Below are positions 59,061-64,000 of a DNA stretch of 64,000 nt, piece after piece. The position numbers and the translations under genes are program-made. The notes under the pieces were generated by a model that did not search any database, was not told the DNA's origin, and was given only the letters and a program-made list of their open reading frames with translations. This stretch comes from an uncultured Aquifex sp. Lineage in GTDB: Bacteria; Aquificota; Aquificia; Aquificales; Aquificaceae. How positions within the stretch are numbered: position 1 is the first letter of the stretch; every line of letters starts with the position of its first letter. Location of the stretch: contig CAYRMG010000002.1 in assembly GCA_964425585.1 (NCBI GenBank), positions 15,274 to 79,273 of the forward strand, given 5' to 3'.

Positions 59061-60155
59061 TTAAGTCTGTCCGTGGACGACTTGAGCGAGCACCTTGGCT
59101 ATGCTTATGAATGCCCTTGCTACCTCGGAATCGGGGTGGGATACTACTATGGGCTCTCCCTTGTCGGATTTTTCCGCGACTTCCGGGTCTATAGGTATTG
59201 AACCGAGGATTTTTAAGTTATAGGCACTCGCAAATTCCGCAACCTTACCCTTCCCGAAGATGTAATACTTTTGCTTATCGCTCGGACATATAAAGTAAGC
59301 CATATTCTCAATAACGCCCAGGACGGGTATGTTAACCTCTCTGAACATGGAAACCGCTTTCCTTACATCCGCAAGGGCTACATCTTGGGGAGTTGTCACT
59401 ACAACCGCACCCGTCATTTCCACGTTCTGAGCCAAGGTTATCTGAACGTCTCCCGTTCCCGGGGGAAGGTCCATTATAAGATAATCAAGACTTCCCCATT
59501 TGGTGCTAAAGAGGAATTCCGTTATCGCCTTCATAAGCATAGGACCTCTCCAGATTATGGGTGTGTCTTCCGAAGGAAGCATAAAGCCTATAGAAAGAAC
59601 CTTTATTCCGTATTTTTCTATGGGAACGAGTCTCTGGAACTGGTCTACCGTTACCCTTTCACCTTTCAGCCCGAAGAGTGTGGGAACGCTGGGACCGTAT
59701 ACGTCCGCATCAAGGAGACCCACCTTATAACCGAGTTTAGAAAGTGCCAAAGCCAGATTTGCTGCAACTGTTGATTTACCGACCCCTCCTTTACCGCTTC
59801 CTACCGCTACTATGTGTTTTACACCGGGAACCTGCTTTCTCGTAAACATAGGTTGCTGGGGTTGAGGAGGATGCTGGGGCTGACCTTGCGGCGGAGCCTG
59901 CTTTAGGGGAATTTGAGTAGCTTGGGGTTTTGAGAACTTTATATCAACCTTCTGAACATCGGGAATTTCACTCAAGATATCTATGGCTTTAGCCCTAATG
60001 ATATCTTCAAGTCCCTCCTTCGGAGGTTCCATAACTATGGTGAGAACATTACCGCTCATCTTTATATCTTTAACAAGCTGGGCGAGATTCTTATCTATAC
60101 CTACATCCTGTAGGGTTTCCTTTTTGAGCGCCTCTATGATATCCTGGACGGCCAT
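59061..60155 (-). CDS. mrp: Mrp/ApbC/NBP35 Fe-S carrier ATPase
   Basis: GSGKGGVGKST, DADVYGPS, WRGPM, DLPPGTGD, VTTPQ, ENMAYFICPSD. Confidence 0.93.
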   Translation of the reverse strand: MAVQDIIEALKKETLQDVGIDKNLAQLVKDIKMSGNVLTIVMEPPKEGLEDIIRAKAIDILSEIPDVQKVDIKFSKPQATQIPLKQAPPQGQPQHPPQPQQPMFTRKQVPGVKHIVAVGSGKGGVGKSTVAANLALALSKLGYKVGLLDADVYGPSVPTLFGLKGERVTVDQFQRLVPIEKYGIKVLSIGFMLPSEDTPIIWRGPMLMKAITEFLFSTKWGSLDYLIMDLPPGTGDVQITLAQNVEMTGAVVVTTPQDVALADVRKAVSMFREVNIPVLGVIENMAYFICPSDKQKYYIFGKGKVAEFASAYNLKILGSIPIDPEVAEKSDKGEPIVVSHPDSEVARAFISIAKVLAQVVHGQT

Positions 60156-60192
60156 TTCTTTACCTCCTTTTTTTTACTTTTTAATTTAATCC

Positions 60193-61590
60193 TTACCTCC
60201 TCTTTACCCATGATATGGGGCCGTAGTAGATTTCGGAGGAAGCTATTCCTATATTTTCCGAAAGGGAAGGGTGGGAATACATCGTTTTTGAAGCAAACTC
60301 AACGGTTTTGGCGTCTTTTATCATATGAACAACCTGGTGTATTAGCTCTCCCGCGTGGGGTCCCACTATGTGGCACCCGATTATTTCCCCTGTCTCGTCA
60401 TCTGCCACAATCCTTACGAATCCCTCATTTTCTCCGTCATCCATAGCCTTGGGATTTGCGACAAAGGAAGCAACGCCCACCCTTACCTCTATATCCTCAT
60501 CTTCCGCCTGTTCTTCGGTAAGCCCTACCGATGCAACCTCAAGGGCGGAATATATTATCTTGGGAATAATTCTCTCGTTTTTCTTCCAGTCCCTTTCCCC
60601 TAACATATGCGCCACCGCTATTTTTCCCTCATACATGGATTTGTGTGCAAGCATAAGCGGGGAAGTTATATCACCGCAGGCGTAAATGTTAGGGATACTT
60701 GTCTGAGCATACTCGTTAGTCTTTACAAATCCCCTTTCGTCCAGCTCAACGCCTACTTCCTCAAGACCTATCCCTTTTGTGTTCGGCTTTCTTCCGACGC
60801 CGAGCAGTATGAAATCCGCCTCAACCTCGCTCCCGTCTGTGAGTTTAGCCTTAATACCTCCGTTCTTCTTTTCCCAGCTTTCAACGGAAGTTCTCGTTCT
60901 TATATCAACACCCAGTTCCCTTAACTTTCTTGCGAGATACCTTCCGCTGTCCTCGGGAATATCGGGGGAAGGAAGGAGCCTTTCCTTTATTTCCACAAGA
61001 ACGACATCGCTTCCGTATTTTCTGAATATGTATGCGAACTCAACGCCTACAGCACCGCCTCCTACTATTAAAACTTTCTTAGGTATGTAGTCTATATCCC
61101 ATATCTGGTCGGTATCTATAACGTATTTTCCGTCGGGAATGAGATTTCCCACCGATGTGGGAGAGGAACCCGTAGCTACGAGTATATACTTGGCTTTGAG
61201 CTCCTTTTCCGCTCCTTCAACAAATACTGTGTTTGGGTCTTTCAGGACTCCCCTTCCGTAGTATATGGGAATCCTGAGCTGCTGGGCAAACTTTTTAAAG
61301 TTTTCCCTTATTGTTACTACTACCTCGTCCCTTCCTTCCTTAAGCTTCCTATAATCAAGGTCGTAGCCCTTGGGAAGTATTCCGTATTTCTCCATCTTCT
61401 CAAACTTGTCAAGCAAGTAAGCCCCGTGTCTCATATACTTTGAGGGGATACAACCCCTGTTTAAACAGTTTCCTCCTACCGTTTCGGGGGAAAGCTCAAC
61501 AAAGGCAACTTTCATCCCCCTTCTGAAGGCATAAAGTCCCGCTTCGTATCCTCCGCTTCCCGCACCGAGTATTATCAAGTCGTATTCCAT
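60193..61590 (-). CDS. lpdA: Dihydrolipoamide dehydrogenase
   Basis: GAGSGG, GGNCLNRGCIPSK redox disulfide, GGGAVGVE, HPSLSE. Confidence 0.92.
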   Translation of the reverse strand: MEYDLIILGAGSGGYEAGLYAFRRGMKVAFVELSPETVGGNCLNRGCIPSKYMRHGAYLLDKFEKMEKYGILPKGYDLDYRKLKEGRDEVVVTIRENFKKFAQQLRIPIYYGRGVLKDPNTVFVEGAEKELKAKYILVATGSSPTSVGNLIPDGKYVIDTDQIWDIDYIPKKVLIVGGGAVGVEFAYIFRKYGSDVVLVEIKERLLPSPDIPEDSGRYLARKLRELGVDIRTRTSVESWEKKNGGIKAKLTDGSEVEADFILLGVGRKPNTKGIGLEEVGVELDERGFVKTNEYAQTSIPNIYACGDITSPLMLAHKSMYEGKIAVAHMLGERDWKKNERIIPKIIYSALEVASVGLTEEQAEDEDIEVRVGVASFVANPKAMDDGENEGFVRIVADDETGEIIGCHIVGPHAGELIHQVVHMIKDAKTVEFASKTMYSHPSLSENIGIASSEIYYGPISWVKRR

Positions 61591-61643
61591 TCCATTACCT
61601 CCGAGAGGACTTTAGTTTCTAATTGTATCTTTAAAATACTCTT

Positions 61644-62879
61644 ATGGCTATCTTATGGGAGTTATACAGGGGAAGGGACTTTGACGTAAAACCCACCCTT
61701 GAGAGAATAAAGAAGGCTTGTGAATTTATCGGAAATCCCCAGAAACATTATCCCGCTATCCTCGTAGGTGGCACAAACGGGAAAGGCTCAACCTGTGCCT
61801 TTACGGAAAGGATATTAAGAGAACACGGTTATAAAACGGGCTGGTTTGTTTCACCCCACTTAATCAGGGAAAACGAGCGGTGGAGAATAAACGGAAAAGA
61901 GATTGATGAAGAGAGACTGAGGTATTACGTGAAAGAGCTAAAGGCGGTTTTTGAAAGGTTTGAACTTACATATTTTGAGGCCGCTACATTGATAGCCGTT
62001 AAGTTTTTTGAAGACGAAAAAGTGGATGTTGGTGTATTTGAGGTGGGAATGGGTGGAAGGTGGGATGCTACGAAGGTTGTAAACGCAAACGTAATAGGCA
62101 TAACGAACGTTGAGAGAGACCACACAAAGTGGCTCGGTGATACGGTTGAAAAAATTGCCCTTGAAAAGCTCCAGCTCTACAGGGAAGGGAGGCCTTTAAT
62201 TCTCGGAACAGCACGTTATCCCCTCTTTACCAAGGCTGTAGAGCTCGGCCTGAAGAACCTCTTTGTTGCAGGCATTGATTACGAATACTTCGGAAAGGTT
62301 GAAGCATCAAAAACAATCCTTGAAAGTTTTTCTTCCGAGAAGTTTTCCGTCCGCGGAGCGGAGCTATCTCTTTGGGGAAAGTGGCAAATAGATAACGCAT
62401 CTACAGCTATAGCCCTTTCTTCCCTTTTTACAAAGCTTGAGGAAAGTAAGGTAAAAAAAGCTCTTTCTCTAACGGTTTGGGAGGGGAGAATGGAAGTTTT
62501 GAGGGAGAAACCTCTTCTTATGATTGATGCCTCCCACAATCCTTACGCTGTTGTAAAGGTTATTAAAGAAGTAAAGAAATATTTTCCGAGTGTAAAGCTT
62601 GCATTCTCAAGTTTAAAGGGAAAGGAGTGGGAGCTAAGCCTGAAACTTATAAGGAATTACTTCAAGGAAGTGTATATTCTCCCGATAGAATACTACAGGG
62701 CGGAAGATGTAAAAAACTTAATCACCTTCTCGGAAGAAATAGGCCTGAATGCAAAGGTTTTTGAACCCGAGGAATTGATAAACAAGAAGGAGGATATTCT
62801 CGTCATAGGTTCTATATACCTTATAAGTGATTTTAAGAAGTTTTTCAAAAAAGTTACTTCAGGCAACTTTCTTCTTTAG
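61644..62879 (+). CDS. folC: Folylpolyglutamate synthase / dihydrofolate synthase
   Basis: VGGTNGKGST, SPHL..ENER, TYFEAAT, EVGMGGRWDAT, IDASHNP. Confidence 0.94.
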   Translation: MAILWELYRGRDFDVKPTLERIKKACEFIGNPQKHYPAILVGGTNGKGSTCAFTERILREHGYKTGWFVSPHLIRENERWRINGKEIDEERLRYYVKELKAVFERFELTYFEAATLIAVKFFEDEKVDVGVFEVGMGGRWDATKVVNANVIGITNVERDHTKWLGDTVEKIALEKLQLYREGRPLILGTARYPLFTKAVELGLKNLFVAGIDYEYFGKVEASKTILESFSSEKFSVRGAELSLWGKWQIDNASTAIALSSLFTKLEESKVKKALSLTVWEGRMEVLREKPLLMIDASHNPYAVVKVIKEVKKYFPSVKLAFSSLKGKEWELSLKLIRNYFKEVYILPIEYYRAEDVKNLITFSEEIGLNAKVFEPEELINKKEDILVIGSIYLISDFKKFFKKVTSGNFLL

Positions 62880-64000
62880 TTCTTCCATCTTTTTCTTAAG
62901 CTCCTGTGCTTTTTCGGGCGTTTTTACCGTAAAACACTCGTCAAATACCGCGTAGGGGCAGTGGTCTCTACAGTATTCGTGGTCAAGACGTTTGAAGAGT
63001 TCTCCTATAGCTTCACCTTTTGCGTTAAACACAAGCTCGTGATTAACAACCTCATCAAATCCCGCATTTTCAAGAATAGGATAAGCATCACACCCTATGT
63101 TTGCGAAGGCAACTTCTATATTTTTACTTCTTATATCTTTAACAAGTCTTACTATAGTCTGGGCACCTGTTGCATCAACGTAGTTCACCGCTTCCATATC
63201 TATGAGGACGAACTTTAAGGGTCTTCCGTTAAAAAGGGCATCCTCTACCTTCTCCAGAATGTGGTCGTAAACGTATTGGGCATTACCGAAATATATGGAC
63301 ATATTAGGTCTTACAAACATTATCTGGGGACATTCGGGAAGTCCCTTTGTTTCCGCATTTACGAAAGTTCGGGTAACGGGGTCTCTTGTTAAGGTAACAA
63401 TGCGGGGATACATGGTTTTGTAAACAAAACTACCCAAGGACATTAAAACCCCGAGCGTTATGGCAACCCATAAATCCATAAAGAATACTGAGGAGAATGT
63501 AAGTCCCGCAACGACCCCGTCAATCTTATTAATCCTGTAGAGTTTTATTATGTCCTGAGGTCTTATTAGATTTATAACCGCGGAAAGAACAATCGCCGCA
63601 AGGGTTGCCTTAGGAAGGTAGTAAAATGCGGGTGCAAGAAGGAATAATGTAAGCCCTACAAGTGCACCCGATATCACACTGGCAAGGGGTGTAACCGCCC
63701 CGAGCGTATAGTTTAGGGATGAGCGGGAAAAGGAACCTCCCGCAGGAAAACCTTTAAAGAAAGAAACTGCAACATTTGCAAGTCCCTGTCCTATCAGTTC
63801 CTGATTCGGATCCCATTTGTCCCCTACCCTTACCGCAAGGGTTTTAGCTATTGCTACAGCCTCTATTAATCCGAAAAATGCTACAACGAAGGCACCTCCC
63901 CACATTTTGCTCATAGTTGCAAAGTCAAGAGGAGGGGGTTCAGGATTAGGAAGTCCTTGGGGAACATCTCCAACTATTGCCACCCCGAAGTTATAAAGCT
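62859..64000 (-). CDS. SulP/SLC26 anion permease with STAS domain, 5'-truncated by the window edge
   Basis: DPNQELIGQGLAN, GGSFSRS, TPLASV, YFGNA, DMEAVNYVDATG. The frame stays open to 64000. Confidence 0.92.
   Translation of the reverse strand, partial: LYNFGVAIVGDVPQGLPNPEPPPLDFATMSKMWGGAFVVAFFGLIEAVAIAKTLAVRVGDKWDPNQELIGQGLANVAVSFFKGFPAGGSFSRSSLNYTLGAVTPLASVISGALVGLTLFLLAPAFYYLPKATLAAIVLSAVINLIRPQDIIKLYRINKIDGVVAGLTFSSVFFMDLWVAITLGVLMSLGSFVYKTMYPRIVTLTRDPVTRTFVNAETKGLPECPQIMFVRPNMSIYFGNAQYVYDHILEKVEDALFNGRPLKFVLIDMEAVNYVDATGAQTIVRLVKDIRSKNIEVAFANIGCDAYPILENAGFDEVVNHELVFNAKGEAIGELFKRLDHEYCRDHCPYAVFDECFTVKTPEKAQELKKKMEELKKKVA

Overview
Gene-dense (>95% coding) chromosomal segment of a thermophilic Aquificae bacterium. 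It is most likely an Aquifex species: the proteins resemble, but differ from, my recollection of A. aeolicus VF5 orthologues. Contents in order: an A2-type and a ba3 (B-type) heme-copper oxidase cluster, including a 39-aa subunit IIa the ORF track missed, plus Sco; housekeeping genes (uppP, hisA, pyrK, citryl-CoA synthetase large subunit, truD, tRNA-Cys, DEAD-box helicase, KamA, ispA, rpmA, PBP1A, bioF, FadL-type OMP, CysO/MoaD-like carrier, smc, hslU, aldehyde dehydrogenase, rfaE2); flagellar genes (motA-motB1-motB2, flgK-flgL) with sigma28-type promoters; an acyl-CoA ligase/ACP/acyltransferase fusion, mdh and accC; a large beta-propeller + MoxR/CbbQ-type AAA+ fusion; exbD, copZ, prfB, pyrG and a CC-adding-type tRNA nucleotidyltransferase; a nitrate-respiration block (napAGHBLD followed by norCBH); then an AI-2E transporter, an IscS homolog lacking the PLP lysine, Mrp, lpdA, folC and a partial SulP. 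No CRISPR array, rRNA, transposase or integrase was seen. The best leads are: a conserved-looking hypothetical protein ending in an SSB-like acidic tail (DDDEIPF); the propeller-AAA+ fusion; a Fur-box-like palindrome over the prfB promoter; a doubly non-canonical Fe-S module (IscS K->L, Mrp CPSD) with an FNR-like box; and the mosaic nap-nor block with its own operators. All calls come from reading motifs by eye; no database searches were run.
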